From Acidimicrobium ferrooxidans (lineage in GTDB: Bacteria > Actinomycetota > Geothermincolia > Fen-727 > Anoxymicrobiaceae): a DNA stretch of 64,000 nucleotides. Both the position numbers and the translations under genes were made by a program. The stretch covers positions 394,347-458,346 of the forward strand of contig DYIU01000003.1 in the NCBI GenBank assembly GCA_020723485.1, written 5' to 3'. A model generated the notes under the pieces. That model did not search any database. It had not been told where the DNA came from and saw only the letters and a program-made list of their open reading frames with translations. Of the stretch, positions 9,101 to 16,698 are shown one piece after another (position 1 is the first letter of the stretch; each line of letters starts with the position of its first letter).

Positions 9101-9791
9101 TGCCGTCCTGCGGCCCGCTGCCTCCCACCGTGTTTCCGGATGCGGAGCTCGATATGTTGATATTGTCGCTCGCCCCCGGAGCAGGAGCACCCAGGCCGTC
9201 CGCGTAAGTGCCGATGTAGTTCCCCGCCACCACGTTCCCTGTCGCGCCAGGTCCCGAGATGCCTATCCCGTTGCTCGTGAACCCGTAGATCGCGAGTCCC
9301 TGGACCGTATTTCCTCCGGAGCCGATGTTGATGCCGGTCCCGACGGAGCCCTGCCCGTTTACGGCCACCAGGATGACCCTCGAAGCTATCGGCCCTGGCG
9401 ACGCTCCATCCTGTGTGTAACCGTCAATAGTGGTGTTTCCACCATGCAGCACGGGAAGGGGTGAAAGAAGGAGTATCTCGTAGGGGCCGGCCGGGATGTC
9501 GAACTCGATGACCTTGGTGTCCTCGGGGAGCTCCGCGCTGGCATCGATCATCGCCTGCCGCAACGACCCGACCCCGGAGTCGTTGACCGTGACTACGGTG
9601 AAGGTATGCGTGTCCGCCGCTCCCGCCGGTCCGGCCACCATGAACACCGTGGCCGCGACCATTGCAATGAGCACGAGTGCGAACGCCGCGGGCACGCGGA
9701 CTATTCCGGGATACCGCTCGAATGGGACCTTCGTCTCCGGCCTCCTCCACTCAGACTTATCGGGATGCAGGTCACTGGACAGGAAGACCAC
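6111..9791 (-). CDS. Large secreted or membrane-anchored surface protein. It has an N-terminal signal anchor, a right-handed parallel beta-helix region (PbH1/NosD-like; many GNxIxGNxIG repeats), a Ser/Thr-rich linker, and 4 C-terminal ~110-aa repeats with the pattern YLAEGxxAWGF-T-L-I-NP.
   Basis: 1226-aa ORF. The periodic NxxGNxxxGN beta-helix motifs and the four repeats are visible in the translation. The start codon is GTG at 9791 or a downstream Met. Confidence 0.7.
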   Translation of the reverse strand: MVFLSSDLHPDKSEWRRPETKVPFERYPGIVRVPAAFALVLIAMVAATVFMVAGPAGAADTHTFTVVTVNDSGVGSLRQAMIDASAELPEDTKVIEFDIPAGPYEILLLSPLPVLHGGNTTIDGYTQDGASPGPIASRVILVAVNGQGSVGTGINIGSGGNTVQGLAIYGFTSNGIGISGPGATGNVVAGNYIGTYADGLGAPAPGASDNINISSSASGNTVGGSGPQDGNLISAAAHEGVCIRADGNHIAGNFIGTDKTGTAALGNASDGVWIDGGASSSSNNTIGGGGPGEGNLISGNPNGVTITGPNADGNVVAGNVIGLDATATAALPNDSSGVSITAGAGSASNPNTVGGEGAGTGNVIAANGDSGVYLSDAGTEYNEVLGNYIGTNRDGASGLGNANTGIRIENEAGHTVVGGSEEGRNHIKYNRHQGLILSGVSQCTVSLNTITGNGTGLPCYEASNSPRSLGGNDYDETIMGFPGCFFIGDPSAGEFAAVPSDGSLVQFADGVRSFNVGLVHAWNGSGDLYMTWYADAGVFPSKEVLLGFMDMVLPGFGYDNSEIQDGGFELAFQAASPGSDYLPVGSLPVAAGYSPPALDFGTKVYDSGVSLGGTDCVVSDNTIEGNLGSGVSFAPFSDSTGNQVTSNRIADNQAAGVVVWTPDSYSDRISGNSIYCNGGLGIDILGDGVTPNDGNNNNPEKPQRGYNFPVFSGGQAVVDDSGDALVRGTAPPGAAVELYLTGASPDPSGHGQGRDYLATVTAASSGEFSTTVSGMSAGDLISATAASPAGDPSGEGNTSEFSANLEVRNPAGYLAEGSSAWGFDTYLTIMNPNETATAAKLTYITPAGPVTRPDLELPASSQTVINPRDDIGAMDFSTVVESPEGRPLAVERRMIWTGEGAPSAEGHSSVGVDTPGKAWYLAEGSSAWGFECWLTILNPNDAPATCDVTYMFEDGAPRTVRHEVPAMSRASIDVAGDTGAADASIKVESDVPVVPERTMYGNNRREGHESIGTDTPSRDFYLAEGTTAWGFTTYLVVQNPQPTDTDVTVTYMTSEGGRWRSELQIPACSRRTVRVNDIQPVASTDLSMEVHGSAPIVAERVMLWGGDTPNGEAGHCSIGVGSTRGTFYLPDGETYNGHETWTIVQNPNNQDVEIEVSYMPLAGEGEEVVFSEVVPAHSRRSYDMSDRVPAGRAAVEVTCKTPGKGIVAEQAMYWNSRGAGTSTIGE

Positions 9792-9827
9792 GTTTGATGG
9801 GGTATTCGGTAATAATTGCCAATAACA

Positions 9828-10583
9828 TTAACTGTGGGAGTCAGACCGTTTTTCCGCGACGAGAATCAGCCGCTCGCTCTCGTACTGCGAGTAGGGGGTG
9901 AAGTCCTTCTCCCCGTAGAACGTGAACCTGGCGATCCCCGCCTGCCGGACCGAGAACTCCAGGTCCGCAGCGGTCAGGTTAAGCAGGTCGAACCTGAAGT
10001 GCCGCATCGATGGCTCGCCGCCCGCCGCGTCGATGAAGAAGAACCTGTGGGTGGTCTTTGTTTCCCCGAAGTCGCGCACGAGCATGAGAAAGCACTCCGG
10101 CTCCGGCTCGACCACCTCTATCTCGATGTTCTCGGCCAGCTGCCTGTCGACGTTAGTGCCGCTGACCAGGAGCACTCCTCCCGGCTCGAGAACCTCGAAC
10201 ATCCCCTTCAGCGATTCGGTGACAGCCTGGCCGTCCGGCTCCAGCGAGAGGGAGTTACCCATGCAGACTACCGCGTCGTACTTACCCGGCACGACCCCGG
10301 GCAGGTCGCGCCACGTGGAGTTGTAGAGGTCGACCTCGAGTCCCGAGCCCGACAGCTTCTCGCGGGCGACCCCCAGCATGTGCTCCGATGCGTCCGAGCC
10401 GATGACAGCGAAACCCTCGCGCGCGAGCACCTCGGTGTGGACCCCCGTCCCGCAGGCGCAGTCGAGGACCGTTTCCGCGCCGTAGCGTTCTAGGATGCTC
10501 ACCAGCATGTCCCGGTCGGCTTCCAGGTCTCTCAGGAACATCCTGTCATAGACCCGGGCGATATCCTCGAAACGGTTCTCCAT
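9828..10583 (-). CDS. Class I SAM-dependent methyltransferase
   Basis: Motif I VLDCACGTGVHT and motif post-I VIGSDASEHM. Start taken at the internal Met (MENRFEDIARVYD). Confidence 0.75.
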   Translation of the reverse strand: MENRFEDIARVYDRMFLRDLEADRDMLVSILERYGAETVLDCACGTGVHTEVLAREGFAVIGSDASEHMLGVAREKLSGSGLEVDLYNSTWRDLPGVVPGKYDAVVCMGNSLSLEPDGQAVTESLKGMFEVLEPGGVLLVSGTNVDRQLAENIEIEVVEPEPECFLMLVRDFGETKTTHRFFFIDAAGGEPSMRHFRFDLLNLTAADLEFSVRQAGIARFTFYGEKDFTPYSQYESERLILVAEKRSDSHS

Positions 10584-10644
10584 TCCCACCGCCCGCTGCC
10601 GGGGCCCAACACCCCGGCTCAAGCCTTCCGAGGTGGAGCCTTTC

Positions 10645-11061
10645 CTACTCGACGACCTTGTCGTACTGGGTGCCCTCCTGCGGGTTGGTGACAGCTGCGA
10701 CTTTGCCCATGGATATACCGACGTACCAGGTCTCCTCGGCGCCGCCGTCGTCGAAGGTCAGCACCACCACACTGCGGTCATCCTCGGCGTCCTCGACTTC
10801 GTAGGTGCCCTTCCTGGACGAGCCCCATGCGTCGCCCTCGAACGTCCCGTCCTTCGTGAAGACGATCGAGCCGGGCCGACCCATGTTGTCCTTGTACGTG
10901 CCGACGATACCGGTCTCCACGTCCTCGTCGAGGGAGACGACCTCGGTCTCATGCTCGCCCTGGGTTTCGTCTTCCGTTGTCTTGCCGCCGCCGCACCCCA
11001 CAACGAGCAGCAGCCCGAGGACGAGGACCCCCAGGCAAAGGACTGCTACATACCTCTTCAT
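10645..11061 (-). CDS. Small lipoprotein (lipobox LVVGC), function unknown
   Basis: Signal peptide followed by a Cys. AAGGGGG Shine-Dalgarno site. Confidence 0.55.
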   Translation of the reverse strand: MKRYVAVLCLGVLVLGLLLVVGCGGGKTTEDETQGEHETEVVSLDEDVETGIVGTYKDNMGRPGSIVFTKDGTFEGDAWGSSRKGTYEVEDAEDDRSVVVLTFDDGGAEETWYVGISMGKVAAVTNPQEGTQYDKVVE

Positions 11062-11229
11062 CGTACGGTACCCCCTTGTTCCGGACCCCCACTCTCTGGA
11101 GGACGTTGTAGAGGCCGCTGCCGGTCTCCACGGCGCCCGCCAGAAATCCTAGCACATCGAGGCGGCCAGGGGCCTGGCCGCCGTCCGGCGGCCGCCCGCT
11201 CCTGAACCATCTATACTATTGTGAGAACT

Positions 11230-11259
11230 GCAAAATCGGGGTCAGGTCACTTTGTTGCA
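11230..11259. repeat. Copy A of the quasi-palindromic repeat GCAAAATCGGGGTCAGGTCA(C/T)TTTGTTGCA. It sits in the 5' leader and ends 20 nt before the ATG of the amino-acid-binding-protein gene.
   Basis: This is 29/30 identical to the copy at 59880-59909 and to the reverse complement of 51278-51306. Confidence 0.6.
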
Positions 11260-11278
11260 TTTTTCAGAGGAGCGCCGC

Positions 11279-12049
11279 ATGAAAAGGGCAGTATTGATGA
11301 GGTCGAGTGCAGTAATGGCCGTCTTGCTCGCGCTTGCCGCGCTGCCTGCCCTCGTGGGCTGCGGCGGCGGGCCCGCGACCGTTCAGGATGGAAGACTCCT
11401 GCTGATGGGCAACGAGAACATAGCCTTCCTGGAGATCGCCAATGGAGAGCCCGGCGGGTTCTCAGCCGAGCTCGTGACGGAGATGGCCGGACGCATGGGG
11501 CTCGAGCTCGAGGTGACCCTGGAGCCGTTCGCCGCGCTCTTCGCCAGTCTGGAAGCCGGGGAGTGCGACATCGCCATGTCGGCGATCACCATCACGCCCG
11601 AGAGGATGGAGCAGGTCGACTTCTCCGACCCTTATTTCGATTCGGGCCAGGCCATCCTGGTGCCGGAGGACTCAGCCGTCTCCGGGGAAGCGGACCTCGC
11701 CGGGAAGCGGGTGGGCGTCCTCGAGGGCTCCACGAACCAGGAGACAGCCGAGAGCATACCCGGTATCGCCGAGATAGTGCGCTTCCGGGAGAAGCCCCCG
11801 ATGTTCGAGGCCCTCGTTGCAGGCGGGCTCGACGCGGTCATCAGCGACACGCCGTTCGCTCAGTTCAACGCGAAGGCCACCGGGAAGACAAAGATCGCAA
11901 AGGTGCTGACCCGCAGTGAGAAGTACGGGATAGCGGTGAAGAAGGGCAACTCCGAGCTGCTGCGGGAACTGAACGACGAGCTGAGGAAGCTCAAAGAGGA
12001 CGGGACGTACGACCGGCTGTACGAGAAGTACTTCGGCGACAGGGTCTAG
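11279..12049 (+). CDS. Amino-acid ABC transporter substrate-binding lipoprotein (SBP_bac_3 family)
   Basis: Lipobox ALVGCGGG. Family-typical DIAMSAITIT, DFSDPYF, GKRVGVLEGST. GAGGAG Shine-Dalgarno site 7 nt upstream of the ATG at 11279. Confidence 0.8.
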   Translation: MKRAVLMRSSAVMAVLLALAALPALVGCGGGPATVQDGRLLLMGNENIAFLEIANGEPGGFSAELVTEMAGRMGLELEVTLEPFAALFASLEAGECDIAMSAITITPERMEQVDFSDPYFDSGQAILVPEDSAVSGEADLAGKRVGVLEGSTNQETAESIPGIAEIVRFREKPPMFEALVAGGLDAVISDTPFAQFNAKATGKTKIAKVLTRSEKYGIAVKKGNSELLRELNDELRKLKEDGTYDRLYEKYFGDRV

Positions 12050-12098
12050 GGAGCGCGACCCGGCCGACGCTTTAGAATCGAAGCGGTTCGAAGCTCTC

Positions 12099-13628
12099 TC
12101 AGTGCACCGGGCCGGTGGCAAGGGAGCCCGCATCCCCCGACAGGAGCTCGGCACTGATGGTGGTGTGCTGCCCGATAACGCTGACGGCGGGCTCTTCCAT
12201 CTCCGAGCACGTGCCGGTGGGGGCCTGCAGCGCGAGCGGCATGGCCACCGCCCCGTCGGCGGGCGGGGTGAACGCCGCGTCCACGTCCAACTGCACGTTG
12301 CAGCGCAGCGGGTCCTGGTTGCCGAAGTAGAACTCCTTGAACTCCCTGCGCTCCTCCTCGGTTATCCGGTCGGTCCAGTCGGATATGTCCGCCGCCGTGG
12401 GGTCCACCGGGACCCAGCCGTAGTTGGGCAGGTAGAACTCGGCCCAGAAATGGCCCGCGAAGTTGCCGGTGAACAGCTGCCAGCCGCCGGTGGTCCGGGC
12501 GGGAATCCCGAGCGAGCGGCAGAGGGCGCTGAAGTACATGCTCTGTGCCCCGCAGTCGCCGCGCTTCATCCTGTGCACGTAGACTGACTCGCGCTCCCCT
12601 CTCGGCCAGGCCGCCATGTGCGGCATGTAACTGTACCTGACCTCTTTCAGGATGTAGTCGTAGAGCTTCTTCGCTGCGAGGTACGGGTTCTTCTCGCGGC
12701 CGACGACCTTCTTAGCCGTGGACCGGATGTCGTCGGATATGTAGATGTTTCCGTATGACCTGGTGTACTCCCTGTAGAGCGCGCTCGACCTGTCGTACTC
12801 GCCGACGTTTTCCGGCTCCACCTTGAAGTTCTCCTGGTAGTGCGTGAACTGGAACTTGACCTCAATGCTCAGGTCGCCCGCGAGCTCCTCGAGCGGTACC
12901 TCGAAGTAGGCGTCCGACAGCGCCCCGTCGAGGGAAGCCGGCTGCTTGAGCCAGGTATCGGGAGTAACCGACACCACCGAGACCGTGTCCTGCGGCCCCA
13001 GCAGCACCGGGAGCGGGAACCAGAGCTTCAGGACACCCTTATCGGGCAGTTCCGGGCGGGGTATGTCGACCGACTCGGTGCCCAGCCACGTCAGGGGATT
13101 GGAGTACGGCTGCCACTCAGGGGCCTGGTACTCGATGTACGGCTTGAAACTCTTTATAAGGCCGGCCACCGTCTCGGACTTCGCGGTGTTCTGGTACGCG
13201 ATGTCGAAGTGGCGTGTCGCTATGTTCTCGGCCGCCTGGTCGAAGTAGTGGACCTTGCCGTCCCAGGTCATGTGCTCGAGCTCGCCGCTCTTTATCCAGC
13301 CCTCGCGCTCTTCGCGCGGCACCTGGGGATACAGCTCTTCGAGCTTCTTCCTGGTGTCTGAGACCAGGTCCGGGTAAGTGGCCATGACGAACATCGCGTC
13401 CTGCGCAGCGTTGCGGCATTCGGTCGCCCTGGCTGCCTCACCCTCCTTCACGAAGAGCGAACGGGCGCGCTCGTACTCCTTCATTGCCTTCGTGAGCTCG
13501 GCCTTCTCCTCGAGCTCCCGGGCCCTTTCGAGGGCCTGCTGCGCGGGCGACCCGCCGCACCCCCCCAGGACCGGCACCACAAGCGCCAGGATGACTAATA
13601 CGATCAGCGTGACGCGTACTCTGGACAT
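12099..13628 (-). CDS. Transglutaminase-like cysteine protease-fold lipoprotein
   Basis: Core GDCGAQSMYFSALCRSLGIPAR (a transglutaminase-like Cys). Lipobox LGGCGGS. AAGGAG Shine-Dalgarno site. Start taken at M28 of the ORF. Confidence 0.7.
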   Translation of the reverse strand: MSRVRVTLIVLVILALVVPVLGGCGGSPAQQALERARELEEKAELTKAMKEYERARSLFVKEGEAARATECRNAAQDAMFVMATYPDLVSDTRKKLEELYPQVPREEREGWIKSGELEHMTWDGKVHYFDQAAENIATRHFDIAYQNTAKSETVAGLIKSFKPYIEYQAPEWQPYSNPLTWLGTESVDIPRPELPDKGVLKLWFPLPVLLGPQDTVSVVSVTPDTWLKQPASLDGALSDAYFEVPLEELAGDLSIEVKFQFTHYQENFKVEPENVGEYDRSSALYREYTRSYGNIYISDDIRSTAKKVVGREKNPYLAAKKLYDYILKEVRYSYMPHMAAWPRGERESVYVHRMKRGDCGAQSMYFSALCRSLGIPARTTGGWQLFTGNFAGHFWAEFYLPNYGWVPVDPTAADISDWTDRITEEERREFKEFYFGNQDPLRCNVQLDVDAAFTPPADGAVAMPLALQAPTGTCSEMEEPAVSVIGQHTTISAELLSGDAGSLATGPVH

Positions 13629-13763
13629 CCTCACTCCTTCGCATCTCTCTTCGAGTGTTGTCGGCTTGCACCGCGCGCTTTCTGAAGCGAGGAATGCATA
13701 ATGGGGCATAATCCCAGGATCTTGATTCCGTGAACGACCCGCCTGCGCCCCGACGGCGATAGC

Positions 13764-15596
13764 CTATCGCGCCGCCCGCAGGAACTCCCTGCAGAGGTTC
13801 ACACCTTCACGGGGATCCAGGGTCCAGGCGTCGGCCCCGACGAAGTCGCGTACGCCCTCGGTGGTCGGCCCGCCTCCTATGATAACGAACCTGCCGCCCC
13901 TGATCCCCCGCTCGCCGAGCAGCTCGACCACCTGTCTCATGGACTCGAAGGTGGGGGTGATAAGCGCCGACATTGCGACTACCGCGGCGCCGGTCTCGGC
14001 GACCTTGTCCACGATGGCTTCCGGCGGCACGTCGACCCCCAGGTCGTGGACGTTGAAACCGCTCGCCCTGAAGAGAGTCGCGGTTATGTTCTTGCCGATG
14101 TCGTGGACGTCACCCTTGGGCGTGGCGATGACCACGACCCCGCCTCCAGCCTCTCCCCCGCCCTCCATGACGAGCGGCTCGAGCCTCTCGGCCACCTCCT
14201 TGAACGCGTCGGCGGTGAGGACCAGCTCGGCCAGGAAATACTCGCCGCTGCTGTACAGCTCGCCCACCTTCTCCATCCCGGAGCGGCAGTCGTCGAGTAT
14301 CTCGAGTGGATCTCTTCCGGCGGAGATATCTCTCTGGACCATCGACATCATCTCGTCCAGTCGGAGCTCGCAAAGCGCCAGGCCGATCTCCCCTTCGAGC
14401 GCCACCTCCACGGCGTCCCGCCCGGCGGTCTCGACGCTCCGAGCGCTGGACCCGGCGGTCTTCCTGCCGCGGTAGGTCCTGCCGGTCTCGACCATTGCCC
14501 TCAGGTTCTCGGGCCTTACGTCGATCGGGCACTCGCACCCGGTGGTGAGCATGAAGCCGCCCCCGTCACCGACCTCATCGATCAGCTTCCTGCAGTAGGC
14601 CTCGACCTCATCCGGCTTCCCGAGCGAAAGCAGCGCGGCCGGCACGTCCCCGCTTATGCACATGTGCCCTTTCAGTATCTCCTTGGCGCGGAAGATGTCG
14701 GTCATGCCGTCCAGGTCGCATACGCATTTGCCCCTCGGGAGCTTCTTCAGGTAAGGCATGTTGAGCGTCCAGTCGGTGTCGAAGTGCAGCCAGGGCGTGA
14801 TGCCCTCCGAGACAAAGGCGTCAACGTAAGCCTGCAGCCACGGCCACTCGAAGCGCTCGAACGTCTCGAGGCGGTAGTAGGCCCCCGAGCCCCTCTCCAA
14901 CACCACGAAAGCCACCATCTTGCCGTTGTTCCTGCAGACCTGCACCGCGTTCGAGATGAGGTCGTCGCACGAAGCGCGCATGGCAGCCTCGACCTTGTCT
15001 GGCACCTCGAAGAGGTCGCGGGTGAACTCGGGGAGAGTCCGGCACAGGGAGAACGCCATCAGCACCGAGTCTACGGCCACCCCAAGGAAGATAGGCATCC
15101 CCTGCTCCTCGCATATCTTCGTGTCCTCGTCGTAGAACTGGTTGCTCAGGGTCTGCATCAACCTGAACTTCTCGGCGGACTTGCCGCTCATCTCCTCGTA
15201 GCGCTCGTCCCAGTATGCGTTCCACCCCAGCGCGGCTATCCTGTCGTAGTCCTCCCTCCCGAAGAGCACCCTCTCGTCTATCTGGTACAGGTCGTCCTCC
15301 CCGAGCTGCCGCCCGGGAATGAGGTTTCGCACCGGCGCCCCGCAGTGCCTGCCGGGTAGCATCGGGTAGTAGTAGTTGGGCTTGCTGCCGTAGTCGTATC
15401 CGAACTCCTTGAAGCACCAGAGGAGCGCCTCGCGGGCCGCGTCGTGGTCGCGCCACGCCTCCCCCTGGGTGATTCCGTACAGCCTCGGCCCCGCCGTGAC
15501 TAGTATCGGGAAAACCGGGTGCCGGTCTACCGGCTCGATGGCCAGGGCGGCCTCGATCCTCTCCTGGGAGGTCATGGTCTCTGTTACTCCGGCCAT
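13764..15596 (-). CDS. Fused corrinoid-dependent methyltransferase. The N-terminal domain is URO-D/MtaA-CmuA-like and the C-terminal domain is a B12-binding corrinoid domain (helical cap plus DxHxxG Rossmann).
   Basis: About 400 aa of URO-D-like domain, then LALCELRLDEMM...GEYFLAELVL (B12-binding cap) and VVIATPKGDVHDIGKNI (the DxHxxG cobalamin-binding motif). GGAAGGAG Shine-Dalgarno site. Confidence 0.7.
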   Translation of the reverse strand: MAGVTETMTSQERIEAALAIEPVDRHPVFPILVTAGPRLYGITQGEAWRDHDAAREALLWCFKEFGYDYGSKPNYYYPMLPGRHCGAPVRNLIPGRQLGEDDLYQIDERVLFGREDYDRIAALGWNAYWDERYEEMSGKSAEKFRLMQTLSNQFYDEDTKICEEQGMPIFLGVAVDSVLMAFSLCRTLPEFTRDLFEVPDKVEAAMRASCDDLISNAVQVCRNNGKMVAFVVLERGSGAYYRLETFERFEWPWLQAYVDAFVSEGITPWLHFDTDWTLNMPYLKKLPRGKCVCDLDGMTDIFRAKEILKGHMCISGDVPAALLSLGKPDEVEAYCRKLIDEVGDGGGFMLTTGCECPIDVRPENLRAMVETGRTYRGRKTAGSSARSVETAGRDAVEVALEGEIGLALCELRLDEMMSMVQRDISAGRDPLEILDDCRSGMEKVGELYSSGEYFLAELVLTADAFKEVAERLEPLVMEGGGEAGGGVVVIATPKGDVHDIGKNITATLFRASGFNVHDLGVDVPPEAIVDKVAETGAAVVAMSALITPTFESMRQVVELLGERGIRGGRFVIIGGGPTTEGVRDFVGADAWTLDPREGVNLCREFLRAAR

Positions 15597-15721
15597 GGGA
15601 GCTCCTTCCCGTGGACTTCAGGCCCAGTCAATTATATCGATGAGGGCATTATTGACATACATGTGGTGTGATGCATATTGTCGGTAGGCTCGAACGAGGA
15701 CTCTGAAGGGGGTTAGCGGCT

Positions 15722-16408
15722 TTGGTCAGACTCGATACTGATGTCGTTAAGGACATCTTCCTCGAGCTGGGTGCGGATCTCTGCGGGATCGCCCCCGCCC
15801 AGAGGTTCGGCGAGGCCCCCGAAGGCTTCAGGCCTACGGATATATTCGGTGACTGCAGAAGCGTGATCGTCTTTGCGAAACGCCTGCCCGCAGGCCCGTT
15901 GTTCGCGGCCAGCTGTATTCCGTACACCCGGTTGAACGACCTCCTGATGACTCGGCTGGACGACGTGGGCTACGCGGCTTCATTAGAGCTCGAGCGCCTG
16001 GGGGCGAAAGCCGTGGCCGTTCCGGCCGACGATCCCTCCGAATACTGGGAGGCGGACCGGCATTACGCTCGCGGTGTTCTCTCACTCCGCCATGCCGGTT
16101 ACCTGGCGGGGCTCGGCGTGCTCGGGCGCAACACGCTCCTGAAGAGCGAGCGGTTCGGGAACATGATCCAGCTCGGCGCGGCGCTCGTGGACGTGGAGCT
16201 CGAGGCCGACCCGGTGGCGTCAGGCGAGGCCTGCCCCTCCGACTGCAGCATCTGCCTGGACGCATGCCCGCAGGGAGCGCTCGACGGCAACACCGTAGAC
16301 CAGAAGCTCTGCCGCCCGCTCTCCAACTACACGAGCCCCAGGGGCTATAAGCTGTACAAGTGCTGGGAGTGCAGGAAAGCCTGCCCCGACGCGCTCGGCA
16401 CCCGGTGA
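15722..16408 (+). CDS. Fe-S protein with a QueG/reductive-dehalogenase-like N-terminal region and a C-terminal CxxxCxxCxxxCP ferredoxin motif
   Basis: N-terminus DIFLELGADLCGIAPAQRF resembles epoxyqueuosine-reductase-family proteins. Motif CPSDCSICLDACP. TTG start with a GAAGGGGG Shine-Dalgarno site. There is a TTGACA-N17 promoter-like sequence at about 15640. Confidence 0.5.
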   Translation: MVRLDTDVVKDIFLELGADLCGIAPAQRFGEAPEGFRPTDIFGDCRSVIVFAKRLPAGPLFAASCIPYTRLNDLLMTRLDDVGYAASLELERLGAKAVAVPADDPSEYWEADRHYARGVLSLRHAGYLAGLGVLGRNTLLKSERFGNMIQLGAALVDVELEADPVASGEACPSDCSICLDACPQGALDGNTVDQKLCRPLSNYTSPRGYKLYKCWECRKACPDALGTR

Positions 16409-16698
16409 AGCATCCCCCATCTGGGGTATATTCGGGTTGTCCCCGAATGCGGATTATTCCTTTTATACCGCGGAATGAGATATCCCCCGTATGGGGGTTA
16501 CGCATGCAAGCGGCGACGGTCAATAATTCATGCAACAGGTCCAGCGGCACATTCCACACCGCCCTGGGCACTGTGGGGTTCAAAATCGAAAGGGAAGCTT
16601 TGACCCGCGGGTTTAAACTGGTCACCTGGCCCGCGGCGAGCGAGTGGTGAAACCGGCCCGATCATCGAGGATCGGGTTTTTTATTGGGGGAGGAGAAC
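16409..16698 (+). promoter_or_regulatory. 290-nt structured non-coding leader ending in an intrinsic terminator (CCCGATC-atcgag-GATCGGG + T6 at 16657-16682), immediately upstream of the RBS and ATG of the SdrD-like gene. Candidate attenuator or riboswitch leader, or an sRNA.
   Basis: Multiple hairpins (ATTCGGG...CCCGAAT, CCCCCgtaTGGGGG, CCGCGGG-18nt-CCCGCGG). The terminator T-tract ends 8 nt before the GGAGG site. Confidence 0.4.

Noticed and set aside
8232-9464. Long plus-strand ORFs (8232-9464, 14046-15359, 23763-25517, 24364-24621, 45283-46092, 36306-37211, 29374-30204 and others) antisense to large genes
   Set aside because: High-GC genomes produce long spurious antisense frames. These have Arg/Pro/Gly-rich low-complexity translations, no Shine-Dalgarno site or start context, and fully overlap well-supported genes on the other strand.
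12076-12100. tRNA-like GGTTCGAA box
   Set aside because: There are no flanking acceptor or T-stem complements. It is only a short palindromic stretch between convergent genes.
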